A stretch of DNA of 64,000 bases, from positions 33,606,001 through 33,670,000 of the forward strand of contig NC_045697.1 in the NCBI RefSeq assembly GCF_009834535.1, written 5' to 3'. The position numbers and the translations under genes were made by a program. Origin of the DNA: Camelus ferus. Lineage: Eukaryota. Positions within the stretch are counted from its first letter, which is position 1. Each line of letters begins with the position of its first letter. Positions 1 to 12,875 of this stretch are shown one piece after another. The notes below the pieces were generated by a model, which saw nothing but the letters and a program-made list of their open reading frames with translations, was not told the origin of the DNA and made no database searches.

Positions 1-1749
1 TTTTCTCTGTGGACTGACCTGAATGTTTGCTCTCAAGCTCTGGTTTTTCAGGAATGTAGCCCATTAACAGTGTCTTTCTAAAAAAATCAGGCACAAACTT
101 GGTTAGGTTATGCTTTCCATGGTTACTTTTCAGTCAAGACATTTACCTTTTAATGTTTTCAACAGCTCAACTAGCTGTTATTCCCTTCTTGAAAAGTGCT
201 TCCAATTTTTGCAGTTGATTCTCTTTGAAAATGCTACCTTCCTTACCCTTGTTGGCCAGCCATACAATTATAACTCATTATCTTAGGATTTGATTCTTCT
301 ATTAATGGATACTTTCAAAGATTCTGTGTTGGATTGTAAATTTGCCTGACCTTGTCCTCAAATCCAGAGAAGTTATACTAACTCCCCATATGAAGATACT
401 CAGTACTGTTCCGGCCCTCTAGTTTTTATTAATTTTTCATGCATATCATGAATTTTCCACTCTAAATCTTTTGTGGATAGTATTACTATGTTGGCTCAAA
501 GTGGAGTACTTGACTTTAAAGGGAAGGCAATGTCTGTCTTATCCTTTTTCCACTGGTAGACTGTTGTCTATTTCCCCTAATTCCATGTGCAACCTATCAT
601 TTGTTGGTATTGATGGCTGCAGAGAGTTTATCCTTTACTTCTATTTTCTCCTTCTCTGTTATACACCCTACTCCTCTTTCATATCTCCATCTATTTTGAA
701 AGCTTAATATATACCTGAATCTCTCCTCCACTCAAATCTTATTGTTGGTGGGTAAAAATGATAGTTGATAATAAACCCTCTCGGGAGTGAAGGGACTATT
801 TTTCCTATGGTTGATCCTGACTCCAAAAGGGAAACAATTCAAACTAAATGTAAAATTAACACTTTCACTATTCAATTCACACAGCAAGTCATTCACTGAG
901 AAACATAAGGCACTATATAAAAAGACTATGTTTGTTTTGAAATATAAAAAAGAGATATCATTTAATTATCAAATAGATCACTGAGGTTTCTATATCTTTG
1001 ACATAAAATTAGGCTTCTGTAAATTTTTAACATTCTGATTTGTTACCTCAATTACATAATCACCCTCACTCTAGACATTATATGTGATTCCACTTGATAT
1101 TTTAAAAATTCACTGCAAATATACATGGTTTGCTAGCCATTCTTTAGTATTATCAAAGACAATGACTAAGAAAAGACACACTAAATTCTTTATAGAAAAA
1201 TACAAATAGGACTTCCAGTATGTTATGAAAAGCCTAGCTTATAAGCCTATATTTTGCAAACCAGAGTGTCAGGCTTTCTGGAGCCAAATTTTAGCAATGT
1301 AGTCATATATTGTTAAAAGAATCATCACTGTTCAGTTTGGTGTTCTAATGAGACTGCAAAAAGTCACTGTACTTTAGGATGACTTTAAATCTTTCATCAT
1401 GGAAAGCATAATGCCCAGTTTTTAGAGTTTTACATTTCCCCAAAGTATACTGCACATAATCGTGTACTACTTTTATTAGCATAATCTTTTACTGTTCAGT
1501 GATAAATATGTTATTTAAATGCTTTTGTCTAATTGGGTCATATTGCAACAAACAGCCCCCTGCATTATGTATGGATATATTATAGGAAGCTCCTGAATAA
1601 TGCCTTTTTCCTCCACATACAAAGTAAAATCTGTTATAGCAGCAAGATACATAGAGGGCCAAAACCTTCCATTATTTATGATGTCTGCAAGAACAGTAGA
1701 TGGGGTTCAATGGGGCAAAAGTAAGACAAATTAGAACAGAACTTTAGAG

Positions 1750-1870
1750 GTAGATTTTGGCTCAACATGAAGAAGAAGATTATAAATATTAAAGCTATTT
1801 TATGAGGAAACAAAGACCCTGGGAAGTAGTGAAATCTCTGTTATCTGAGGTGTTCAAAGAAGACTGAAGG
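1750..1870 (+). mobile_element. L3/CR1 LINE 3' fragment
   Basis: 'tagattttggctcaacatgaagaagaa...gggaagtagtgaaatctctgttatctgaggtgttcaa' resembles the L3/CR1 3' end consensus as recalled. Confidence 0.55.
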
Positions 1871-2006
1871 TGCCGGATAATTCAAATAACAAGCAGGACA
1901 ATGGCCATCAATATATCCAAGTTATTGTCAAAAGATGAGATGCCAATGATGGGTAATTTTAGAAAAGATAGCAGGCTAAATTGGAGAATATTTATCCAAA
2001 CATACA

Positions 2007-2012
<6 letters not shown>

Positions 2013-2046
<34 letters not shown>
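2013..2046. repeat. (AC)17 microsatellite
   Basis: Perfect dinucleotide run, read directly. Confidence 0.97.
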
Positions 2047-2049
<3 letters not shown>

Positions 2050-2379
2050 TATATAGTGCTAGGAATCTTCCTGTGCCCTGGAGATGAAACAGTGAAAAAT
2101 ACATACTTGCGGATTTTATGAGGTTTATAGTCCATTGGAGAAAAGTGGCAACAGACAAGTATAGATAGGTTGAAAAGCATATGACCTTGGCTCTATGAAT
2201 AAGGGACAGCAAAGGATTACCTAGTAGACAGACAAAACCCCTGCTTGTAGCATCAGGAAAGCAGGGAACCAAAAAACAAAAAAATGCTTTTAAAGGAATC
2301 TGCATGTGATACGAAACAGCAAAGTTGGGAGGGTGGCAAAAATATAACTTTTTTGGATTTATATTACCATTTTCTGCTA

Positions 2380-2720
2380 AGGTGTTTGGACTAGATCGTG
2401 ATGGTCATAAGGGGCCACTAAAGACTTTTTAAGCTGGAGAGTAGTCTCACACTATTATAAGGTACAGAAAGGCAACTATGTTCACAATGTGGAAAGAGGC
2501 AGACCCAAAAGTAGGATGAGCACTGCTGTAATCAACTCAGTGGGAAATGATAAAGAGTTTAAGGCAATGGCAATGGGAATGCAGAGAAGAGGAGACGGAT
2601 CAAGAAATATTAGCCTCTCCTGAATCTGGTGACTGATTGATTATAGAGAAGGAAAATAAAAGAGGAATAATAATGCCTCTTGGATTCCTGCCTCCTTCGT
2701 TCAGCCATTTTATTTCAGCA
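2380..2720 (-). mobile_element. L2 LINE fragment
   Basis: Purine-rich antisense L2 motifs such as 'ggcaatgggaatgcagagaagaggagacggat' and 'tggtgactgattga'. Confidence 0.5.
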
Positions 2721-3491
2721 GCTGGAGACGGAGTGATAAAATAAGGCCTTGGACTTCTCCAGGCACCCAGGAGGGGCCCAGTAAAGACTGTGAACCACAT
2801 CCCTTACCTAGACCCTAAAAAAGCAAGAGAGGTCTCCAAGAATTCTATCCCACACATTCGGGGTTTCTCTTGATTACAGTACAGTAGGTAGTTTAAAGTT
2901 TAAGGGCCATAGACTGTTTCCCTTCCTTTAACCCACATGTTAAAGCAAATCATCTGCAGCAGATGGCAAGATGGTGGTCCTCGTCAGCCTTATTTTTAAG
3001 GCAACATCCCAATTTCCTCCTACCACTTATGCCCTGCCTTTGGATGCATATTAAATACAAACATTTTATGGATACAGAAAGACTGTTGCATCATTCACAG
3101 TAAATGCAATGTGTTTGTGCATTAGTAAGTTTATGCGATAGAAGAAAGCTAGTCTAGACTAAGGATCCTGAACTGTCTTAAAAATGCATACTCTGGCTCT
3201 GAGAATTATGCTTTAAAAAAAAATTTACTTCATGGCAGAAAAACATGAATCTTTAACACGATTACCCTACTGGTAAGAGACTTGTGCTCCTCTGCACAAG
3301 GAAGTCCATCTGCTAGGTTGAAAGACAAAGTCTTGTAGTAGCTCACTTAATGTCTACATGTGTCAATAATCCACTGATTTGGAAGTGATCTTTTCCTGAA
3401 ATTCATCGACTTGCATGGGAAGGATAAAGTCTGAGGAAATATTTTGGTAACCTATAAGACCATGAGTTTCATTAGAATTTAAGAGAGTGTG

Positions 3492-3858
3492 TGTCTTAAG
3501 TCAGCTTGGACTACGACAGCAAAATACCACAAGCTAGGTGGCTTAAATAACACACTTATTTCTCATAATTCTGGAGGCTGGGAAGTCTAAAGTGCTGACC
3601 GATTCAGTCCCTGGTGACAAATCTCTTCTAGGCTTGCAGGCAGCTGCCTTCTCACTGTGCGCTCTCATGTCAAAGAGAGAGAGCGCTTTGCTTTTTCTTC
3701 TCCTTCTTGTAAGGACATTAATCCCATCATGGAAGCCCCACTCTCACAACCTCATCTAAATATAATTATCTCCCAAAGGCCCCTCCTCCAAACACCATCA
3801 CATCAGAGGTTGAGGCTTTAACATAAGAATTTTGAGTGAACACAGACATTCAGTCTGT
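3492..3858 (-). mobile_element. MaLR LTR (MLT1A0-like), 3' LTR of a provirus
   Basis: 'tgtcttaagtcagcttggact..aaaataccacaagctaggtggctta..ctggaggctgggaagtc..cccaaaggcccctcctccaaacaccatcaca..acattcagtc' is the reverse complement of an MLT1A/B LTR. Confidence 0.88.
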
Positions 3859-5025
3859 TCTACCCCTGGCCTCCCAAAGTTCATGTCCTTTTCACAGGCA
3901 ATATGCTTTCATTCTATCCCAATAGCCCCAAAAGTCTCAACTTGTCCCAACATCAACTCTAAAATCTGAAGTCCAAAGTTTCATTTCAATATTACCTAAA
4001 TCAGACATGAATATAATGTGAGGTATGATTTACCCTGAGGCAAAATTCTGCTCCAGCTGTGCACTTGTCAAACCAGACAAGTTATGTGCTTCCAAAATAC
4101 AATTGTGGGACAGACATGGGATAGACATTCTCATTCCAGAAAAGAGAAATAAAGAAGGAAAAACTGATGGGTCCCACGAAAATCTAAAACCCAGAAAAGT
4201 GAATGTCATCAGATCTTAAGGCTTGAAAATAGTCCTCTTTTGCTCTTCCCTCCAGGCTCACTGGGGTGGCAGTCTTGTCTCCATGCCCCAAGGTTCTGCA
4301 GGGCTTTCCAGACCCTAAGGTTTTGATTGGAGGCCATTTGGTGTATTGAAACTGAGGCAGTAACCCATCCCTGAATCGCCTTCGGGGTAGTTTTTCCCTC
4401 TTCTTGAAAAAAAGCGCATGATACCAGATGAATAACTCTATAGTTCCATTCTTGTCAAATCCAAAGAGTCTGATGGTCTTCCTTCATTTCATCCCATCTC
4501 TGCATGCTCCAGTTCAAATTGGCAGTGTTTCTGCATGTAGAAGCATTATCCATCACTTTATCAGGTCATAGTCCAGCCACATCTTTGGTGTTCTCTTCAG
4601 AACATGATTTCTCAGTCTTGCAAAAAGAATAGGCTGAGAATTTTCCAAATTCTTGCTTAACAATCCCTTCTTCAATGCATATCTCTTTCTTTGCAGTTTA
4701 CTAAGCCACTCCTTTAACACCTTGCTTAGAAATCTCCTCAGCTGAATATCCAATTTCATAACTCACATGTTCCATCTTCCACAACATGTAAGAACACAGT
4801 TCAGGCAAGTTTCTTACCACTTTTTAACAAGGATCACCTTCCTTCCAGTGTTCAGTAACCTATTCCTTATTTCCATCTGAGAACTCACCAGAATTGCCCT
4901 TAACATCCACATTTCTAGTATGTGTCTCAAAACTCTCCCAGCCTCTACCCATTTCCCAGTTCCAAAGCTGCTTCCACATATTCAACTATTTGTTACAGCA
5001 GTACCCTACTCCTAATACTAAAATC
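3859..5025 (-). mobile_element. MaLR internal region (MLT-int)
   Basis: 'ctacccctggcctcccaaagttcatgtcc..cccaatagccccaaaagtctcaac' and 'cccagttccaaagctgcttccacat' are typical MaLR internal termini, lying between two LTR copies. Confidence 0.85.
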
Positions 5026-5113
5026 AGTCTTAGTCAGTTTGGGCTACTATAACAAAATACCAGTGAGTGGATTTATTTGTTAACAACAGACACTTATTTC
5101 TTACACTTCTGGA
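5026..5113 (-). mobile_element. MaLR LTR (MLT1A0-like), truncated 5' LTR
   Basis: 'gtcttagtcagtttgggctactataacaaaatacca..acacttatttcttacacttctgga' directly repeats 3492-3575. Confidence 0.85.
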
Positions 5114-5119
5114 AATTAT

Positions 5120-5605
5120 ATATTTGTATTTAAAACCTCAAGACTAGATGAGCTCACCAAGTAAGTATGTGTAACAAAAGGAGCAAAATTATCAAGGACT
5201 GAGCTCTGAATAATTCTATCATTAAAAGGATGACCAGATGAGGAAAATACCGATAAAAGAGACCGATAAAAAGCTACCACTAAAATAAAATGCAGAAGAG
5301 TGTGATCAACTCAAAACCAAGTATAGAAGGAATTTCAAGGAGAAGAGAAGTTACTGTTTCTTTCAAATGTCAATGTTAAGTTAATGAGAACTAAAAAATG
5401 ACCACTGGATTTAGAAACTTGGAAGCCTTTGGGCTTAGACAAGGAAATTTCAGTGTAGTAAAAGGGATTGATAGCTTGAATGCAATGATTTTAAGGAAAA
5501 ATAAAGAAGTACAATTGAATTTAGTCATTATGGATACCTCATGAGGAATGCTCTTTTTAACAAAGAATAGATAAATGTGTCAGTAACTGAAGGGTAAAGT
5601 GAGGT

Positions 5606-5674
<69 letters not shown>

Positions 5675-5930
5675 AAAATAATAGACAATAATAACATTTA
5701 TTTCCTCTGATTGGGGGTAATCCAATAGAGAGGAAGAAGAAAAAACTAATGTAGGAAAGAAAGGGCAAAATTGCTAGAACAAGGTCCTTAACTAGACAAG
5801 AGGAAAGGGATCCTGGATACAAACGGAGGGGCTGACTTCAGACTAGTACTTAGAAAATTCAGCCGTATTATAAGAATGCAGGCAGAATATATGGGTACAG
5901 ATGCTGGCAGGTAGATAGCTTCACTGTTCT
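5120..5930 (-). mobile_element. L2 LINE fragment
   Basis: 'gtatttaaaacctcaagactagatgagctcaccaag..aaggactgagctctg..aaaatgaccactggatttag' is antisense L2. Confidence 0.7.
5609..5672. repeat. Compound (GA)17(GT)15 microsatellite
   Basis: Read directly. Confidence 0.97.
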
Positions 5931-5974
5931 CAAGAAATGCACAGGGCTGTAAATGAAGCAGTAGATTAGGAAAA

Positions 5975-6365
5975 GCAGAGTATCATGGTAGAGCAAGACA
6001 TTTCAGGGCTTTATTTCCTGGTTCAGTCCTTAACTAGCTATATGCTTAAAAGCAAATTACCAAACTTCTCCACACCTCAATTTCTTCCAAGGTAGATGGA
6101 GATAATACTAGTGCTAACTTAATAAAGTTGAAAAGTATTAAATGACATAATGTATCTGTTTTCCAATATATTTCCCAGTAAAATATAAGCTCCGTGAGGG
6201 CATGAATTTCCATCTTTTTTTTCTTTTTTATGTCATATCCCTAGTGCTTAAGTGTCCAACACTTAGTAGGCATATGACTAACAATGAATAAATAACACCT
6301 GAAAAGTTCTTACATGGTACCCGGTACACAGAAAGTGTTCAATTATTATTATTGACCTATTATTA
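5975..6365 (+). mobile_element. MIR SINE, interrupted by an L2 3' end
   Basis: MIR core 'aacttctccacacctcaattttcttc..atggagataatactagt'; the MIR tail resumes at ~6295 with 'cccggtacacagaaagtgttcaattattatt'. Confidence 0.65.
6156..6293 (+). mobile_element. L2 3' end nested in MIR
   Basis: 'ataagctccgtgagggca..tatccctagtgctta..agtaggca..aatgaataaat' is an L2 terminus. Confidence 0.7.
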
Positions 6366-7449
6366 TTACCACAGATTACTAATTTTAACACCATCTTCAT
6401 TGATTCACAGTGAAGTGATTCCTTCCATGATAAAGACAAGGGAAGTGAGCACATACACTTCCCTGTGGTTGAAGTGAGTATGAGGTGGGGGTGGGAGTGG
6501 AGAGCAAGTGTGAGAGATGTGATCTTAAAATCACATTCTGTAACAGTTAGATTGAAAACTTCCAGATTCTTTCTCAGGAGTACCCATGAACAAGGCTAGA
6601 ACCTTTCCTATCACTATATTTACTGTTTATATTTCTCCTAGAGGGAGATACAGTATCTGCTATTCTCATTATTTTTTCTCTCTCAATACATAGTAACCAT
6701 GGTAATAACATGCATTCGGCAAACCAGCTTATCTTCTGAATTCTCTATGCCATCAGTATTTTTTCCTGGTGATACTCTAGCTATAGGTAAATGCATGCAG
6801 ACCTTGAGTCTCATTATTTTTCATGACTACCCAACTAAAATGTTTGTTGACTAGAAGAACAAGAAAAATAAACACTGTATATCAAATTCAATTATGAATA
6901 ACCTACTTAAACAGTTTCCCACTGTTATGCTCAAATTTTAAAATGTGCATTCGGTGTTAATGTGTGAGATGAAGCACATAGAATTAGAAGACATTTTAAA
7001 ATATAGCTTATGTCTTACATATTTAATCACATCAGCTGATGATCCATTGAATAATTTGATGTATCAATTAGCTCCATCAGCATTTAAATATCTGCTAGTA
7101 TTTTGGGCATCTGTTAGTTCAGCTAGTAGAATAATCAATGGAACTAAATGTTCACTGTAGTAATTCAATAGTCCCTCTGACTAGTTTATTCAGTTGTGAG
7201 AACTGTTCTTCTCAAATAATATTTTATGTAGTAGGCACCTATTCTTATTCAATAACAATGAGCTTTCACAATTGCATACATTCAAAAATACCATATCAAA
7301 CACAGATACTGCTCTAGCATTGTAGATACTAGAAATGTTTACATTCATTGCTATAATTCTTTTGATAAAAAACATGGCTTTACCAAGGAGAACTTAGTAA
7401 TCATTCACTTAAGAAGCCACAAATGTTTGCTGAGAAATCAATGCTACTA

Positions 7450-7690
7450 ACTACACTTCATTCAAATCTTATATGCCAGAAACTGTGATTAGAAATTCAC
7501 TTACATTATTACATCTAATTCTCACACTACTCAAAGAAGCAATGTTACTCATAAATCACAACAAAAAAATGAAATAAGTTTGATGAGATTCAATGACTTA
7601 CCCAAGATTACATGGCTAAAATATGGTAAATCCAGTAATCAAATGCATCTGTGACTAAAGCCAAAACCCTTGTTCTAAATTTGTGACTAT
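7450..7690 (-). mobile_element. MIR SINE
   Basis: 'tatgccagaaactgtg..catctaattctcaca..aatgacttacccaagattacatggcta' is antisense MIR. Confidence 0.6.
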
Positions 7691-8839
7691 CATGTCCCGT
7701 GCCAGCACATCACCAACTAAAGAGCAGGTTATGAACTACAGAAATAAATGACAGTCCCTGCCTCACAGTGTGGTAGTGGGACATAGAACATAAAACCAAA
7801 AATTTCAGAACTATATAATAAGTTACTTCAAGGAAAAAGTACAGAATGATGCAAGCATACAATTTCAGTCTGGCAGAATTTGGTTGGTTCCCTAAGAACT
7901 GAAAATATGAGATCTGTGATTACGTACACTTGAAACAAATACAACCCTAATTGCTTTGACTTCTTTCTTTGTCTTCAGGTTGACATGCCTATATTTCTAT
8001 GTGCTATACAAAGACCCTCTTTTGCTCCCATGTTTAATCTATTTGAACAATTGCAAAATCTTTGTTTATACATTATACCATAAGTAACATTTGGCCTTGA
8101 TGCATACTCATCTCTCATCTTCTCCATGAAATTAATGAAATTAAAACAGTGCATTACTTCAGAGCACTGTCATTTTTATGCTGTGAAGTCAACATTTTCA
8201 TTTATTACACTTAAAAAAACATTAAATTTATTAAATATATGAAAATATTTTTCATTATAAGTATCCCTGAAAAGGAGATCTTACAGCTGATGATGAATTT
8301 CAATATGACAGACATAGGATGACTATTATCATTTTGAAGTTAGAAACAGTCACCGTAGTAACAACTAGATATGCTTATCAACAGCTCAGATATGACATTC
8401 AACCATTTAGCTAGGAGAACAGATTTTCTAGGAGATGGGAGGCAGTAGGGATGAAAGAGAGACACACAGGAAACATACTGAGAAAGCAAAAGGAGTAGCT
8501 ACTACAGTCCAATCCTTGGATGCCTAATATTTAATATACTTCTTTCTTCTGATAATACTGCAGTGAGCACATACACAAACTAAGTCAACCAGATTCTCTC
8601 CTCCAGACATGTTAGTTTTGGGAAACATACACACACACACAGAGAAATCAAAATTAGTTACAGCTAAGTTTCTGATGACACTACCTTAGAGATTCAGTCC
8701 ACATCATCTACTGGGTACAAGAAAAAGAGCGGCTCTAGTTTCTGACCATCTCAAGACTTGGATTTCAAATCTTCTCTTCAATCCCTTCCTATGTATTGTT
8801 TGACTTAGTTCTTTTTTCACTACTAAAATAATTATAAAT

Positions 8840-9385
8840 TCTAGCCTGGTACCTCAAGCATGGTATATGAAAAGACCTGGGAACCCTCAGGCATTGGTCC
8901 ATTGCATTCTTTGTTCCATTGTGAAGTGAGTTGGAAGATAAGAAATGCTTTGTGTGGAATATTACAACAATATTTAGAACATTCAGTAAACCCATGAGCA
9001 ATGGATCTGGCAGAAACATTACCGGTAGAAAAATAAAACCAAATTCAAAATAAATATTTTGAGACTGTAAATTATTGACTTTCTTAAAATGAAAAAAAAA
9101 GCCCAATGAAGATGAACTGTAATCAGGCAGCTGGCTGATCTCTTAGAAATATCATTTCATACTAGGGCCCTGACGCTTCCTAATGATTTACAAAAACTAG
9201 GCACACTCAGTGGCCATAGCCAGGTCGGTCTTGGTGAGAGGAGGTCCATACTGTTGACCACACCATCACTTCCACACTCATTCTACTTTGCTACTATGTG
9301 AATGAGCCCACTGAATAAACCTTGGGTTGACAAATGAAGGAGAATGGCTGTATCTACAAAGTAGATCATCCTATTTACCTTTCTT
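8840..9385 (-). mobile_element. ERVL-class endogenous retrovirus pol (integrase) remnant
   Basis: The minus strand gives QWAH... and QQYGPPLTKTDLAMATEC...DQPAA, matching ERVL integrase QWAHEQSGH..QQHGLPLTKADLATATAEC..DQPATWWQ; heavily disabled. Confidence 0.75.
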
Positions 9386-11329
9386 TGAAGCAGGGTCTTA
9401 CTAACAAAAACCACACATATTGGGCCCATTTAATGAGGTCAATTCACGTTTTGTGTGCAAATGATATGAACCAAACAAACAAAAAGTGACCAATTCACTC
9501 AAATGCAAAGGTTAGGGGTGGTACCTGTATGAGATATCAAGTAATCAGACACCATTATTAGGTTTCTGAACTTGTCAGCTTTGCTTCTCGCCTTAGTTTC
9601 CTCATTCTTTTTTTTCTTTTCTACTGATAGTGGGAGTCCTCTCTTTGGCAGAGGACATAATTGAGACAATATCATGAACTTATCTTCTATTTCCCAGTGT
9701 CTGTATGTAACATTTCATTAAATGTTAAATATGCACTGATCCCATCACAGCCGGATCTCAGTTATGTTACAAGCCTCCTGCACAACCAGGTTACCTTTGT
9801 GAATAGCAGTCCCATCAGAATGTCATGAAGTGGAAAAGTGGCGAAGTACAAAGAAGATGATATTGGTATTAGCAAAATTGATACTGGGTAGACAATGGGT
9901 AGACAAAAATCAAACTGTGCATTAAGAAAATACTACATTGCAAAATATAAAGTAGTATACAAATTTAGCTTTAGATAGTGAAGACTGAACAGGCTTAGAG
10001 AAATAAAAAGAAGTTACGTGAATCAAGTGAATGATCTATCTCTATATTATTAAAAACCAACTGAAGTAGAAATCTTAACCCCAGGATCTAAGTCAGATGT
10101 ACAAAGAACAGTTCTGCCATGACAGGTTGTAATTTTCATGACTCAGTGGGTGTCATCAATAAATGTTGACTATATTTAGCTTTAAATTTACTGCCTTTTA
10201 GAAGAGCTGCTCATACACAGTAGAATGTTTACAAAACATTAAAGATCCTCAATTACTAGCTCTGTGATCTGGATAAGACTATCATCTTTCAATTCACACA
10301 AGTTAATTTCTTATTTATTTATTAGCTAAAAGTATTTACGGAGAAAATTACATAATAATATAACATGTTTAAGGCACTTGAAAATAATTTGACATCAAAT
10401 TGTAAAGAAAAAGAAATGTAAAAGTATCCCAATAAACTTTCAAAATCTATTTTGTTACTCTTAGTTTTTAAAATATATTTCAGTAGCATTAAAAGTCATC
10501 AGAAAACGCACACATTTTATCATGTCATGCCTCATTGCTTTTACAGCTGTTGCCTTGTCTGATTCCCAAATCAGTAGAGCTTCACTCACATGCACATTAA
10601 ATGAGTGGATGATACCTTGTTAAGGAAAGTTATACCATCATTGATGTGAAACCTACTGTCAAAGGTGTAGACCAAACAAAACGCTGTTTTTCTGAGAAAT
10701 CTCTACTCTTGCAGGGAAATGAACGCAAAAGAATTCCAGAAAATCCAATCCAGTAATTTGTGTGGGACTTCCTTAACAATTCTCTTTTTAAAAATCAGAT
10801 TTATTTCTCTGATTCCCATGCTTAAAATCCATTTCCTCTCCCTTCTTCACCACTTTCTACCCAAATTAACAGCAATGGCAAGCATGATAAGATATTAATC
10901 AAAGAGAAGGGGAAAAAGAAAGCCTTGGTAGGAGGGCTCTTCTTTACCTAACCACATGGATGGAGTAGAAGAGAGGCAACCATGCCTGCCCAGCAACTCT
11001 GCTCAGTAGGAAACATGACTCTTCCATCTACCAATCTGATTAATATTTCCTCCTCTCGGAACAAATAGAAGTAAACAGAAAAAACATCTGTCTTATACCA
11101 ATTTTTCAAGACTAGTGAGAAAAACAGAAATAATGTATGTAAAGTGTTTACCAAAGTGACTAAACACAGTAGATGTTTAGTAGATGGAAGCAATTAGGTC
11201 TTTTGGAAATTCAACATAGTTCTTTTTTAGTTTTATTTTCATGTTTGAAAAAAAAGTTCCTTGGAGAAAAACTTAAAAATCCAAGTGAACAAAGAAGAGT
11301 AAAGCTAAAAACTCTTGAATTTCCACCAA

Positions 11330-11610
11330 ATGGAACCACTGGTAAAACACTAGTATGTATCTTGTCAACCATGTTCTTTGTAAACTATATTTTGCATCTG
11401 AACATATATTATGAATATTTTCTAATGTCAATACCAACATCATTTCAATGCCCTCATATCCATGTAGTACATCCTTGTGCAGATGCAACATACTTTATTT
11501 GACCACTCTCCCATTGCTAAGTGCTAATGTTGATTCCATTTTCTTTTATTTTTTTTCCTGGTAAGTAATACTGCAATAGGCATAAATGCAGCTGAATACT
11601 AGAGTGCTTC
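11330..11610 (-). mobile_element. Old L1 (L1ME-like) 3' fragment
   Basis: 'gtagtacatccttgtgcagatgcaacatactttatttgaccactctcccattg' is antisense L1M. Confidence 0.5.
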
Positions 11611-12045
11611 CTTATTTGGGGGAACATAAGTCCTTTAGGTGTATCTGGTAGCTATAACTACAATTATTTTTCTCTTCTATAATAGTCTCTTGTTCAATAT
11701 CTGTTTTCCTTTTTAAACTGGCAAGTAAATTTTTGATATATTTTCTCTTTTTCCATTTCCCATTTTACTGAGATAATCTGGCTTTATAATTCCTTCCCTC
11801 AGGGTTTACAGCTTGGTAGAACGTAGAAGCAGCTGAAAAAGCCTGCCCTTTATAAAAAGCCTAAAATCACTAAGGAGACTATATCAGATATCCTGGGGTA
11901 GTAAACAGTAAGGTAAGGATGCCTGCTTGTAGAAAAAGATGTCTGTCAGTCCCTTTGGTATTATAAACCATAATTGGTCCCCAAGGTAGCCAGACCTAAG
12001 AGACTATGGTAGCAGGATAGCACATCGTAGAAACTTGAATCCTAG

Positions 12046-12078
12046 CAAAACAAAACAAAACAAAACAAAACAAAAAAA
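12046..12078. repeat. (CAAAA)n simple repeat
   Basis: Read directly. Confidence 0.9.
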
Positions 12079-12781
12079 CCCACGCTCCACATGTAGAAAG
12101 ATAGATAAAGTTCCTGGATTTCTAGTATCTACTGTGGGCTTGGAAAGATAATGATATTAACAACCATGAGAGAAAGATCAATCAAAGGGCTTCTTCCCTT
12201 TTCTAATCATTGCAAAATCTCCTTTTGTAATTTTAGGAGGGACTGGGAGACCAATAAAGACTGATAAGGAATTTCCTAGCAGGATGTCTGAAACATTGCA
12301 GGCACTCAGTATTTATTAAATTGAATTAGAAGTAAAAATACAATGGAAATATTGGTAGAGTACTGAAGAGACATATAAATTGTAGCTTGGGGGATACCAA
12401 AGAGACTTCATTGAAGAGAAAACATCTGAAATGAGAATCCTACAAGGCAGTGTCTGGTGGAGCCCTGATACACACAGACCTCAGTACCTGCTCAGCAGGA
12501 CTTCATTAAGTTGCAAGGAGACTGAAAATGAATTCTGAAATGACTTTCACACCGTGCTTTGGCTCTATTTACTCAGTGTTCTCCCTGCTTTCTTTCCTGG
12601 GATTTTAGTCTACTCATGTTAGTGGCTTCTACTTACCCAGTCCCTGACCACCCATGTCATCTCACCACTTGAAGTATACCTTCTGCTCACTCTAGTTCTC
12701 TTGGATGGCTTTTAGTCCTAATGTGTATGGCCTGTGATCCCCAACTAACTCCTTTTTTAAAAATATTTTTCTCCTTCCTGT

Positions 12782-12875
12782 TTTTTTAAATTGCTGTCAT
12801 AAGAGCATTTAACATGAGATTTAACCTCTTAACAAATCTTTACGAGCATCATACAATACTGTTAAATATGATACC
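12782..12875 (-). mobile_element. Short L1MA/MB 3' UTR fragment
   Basis: 'aagagcatttaacatgagatttaacctcttaacaaat' is the reverse complement of the L1M 'atttgttaagagggtagatctcatgttaagtgttctt' motif. Confidence 0.6.

Noticed and set aside
2808..2814. 7-nt microexon or recursive splice site on the minus strand (ttttttag|GGTCTAG|gtaagg)
   Set aside because: It is frame-shifting, has no host gene evidence and is expected by chance.
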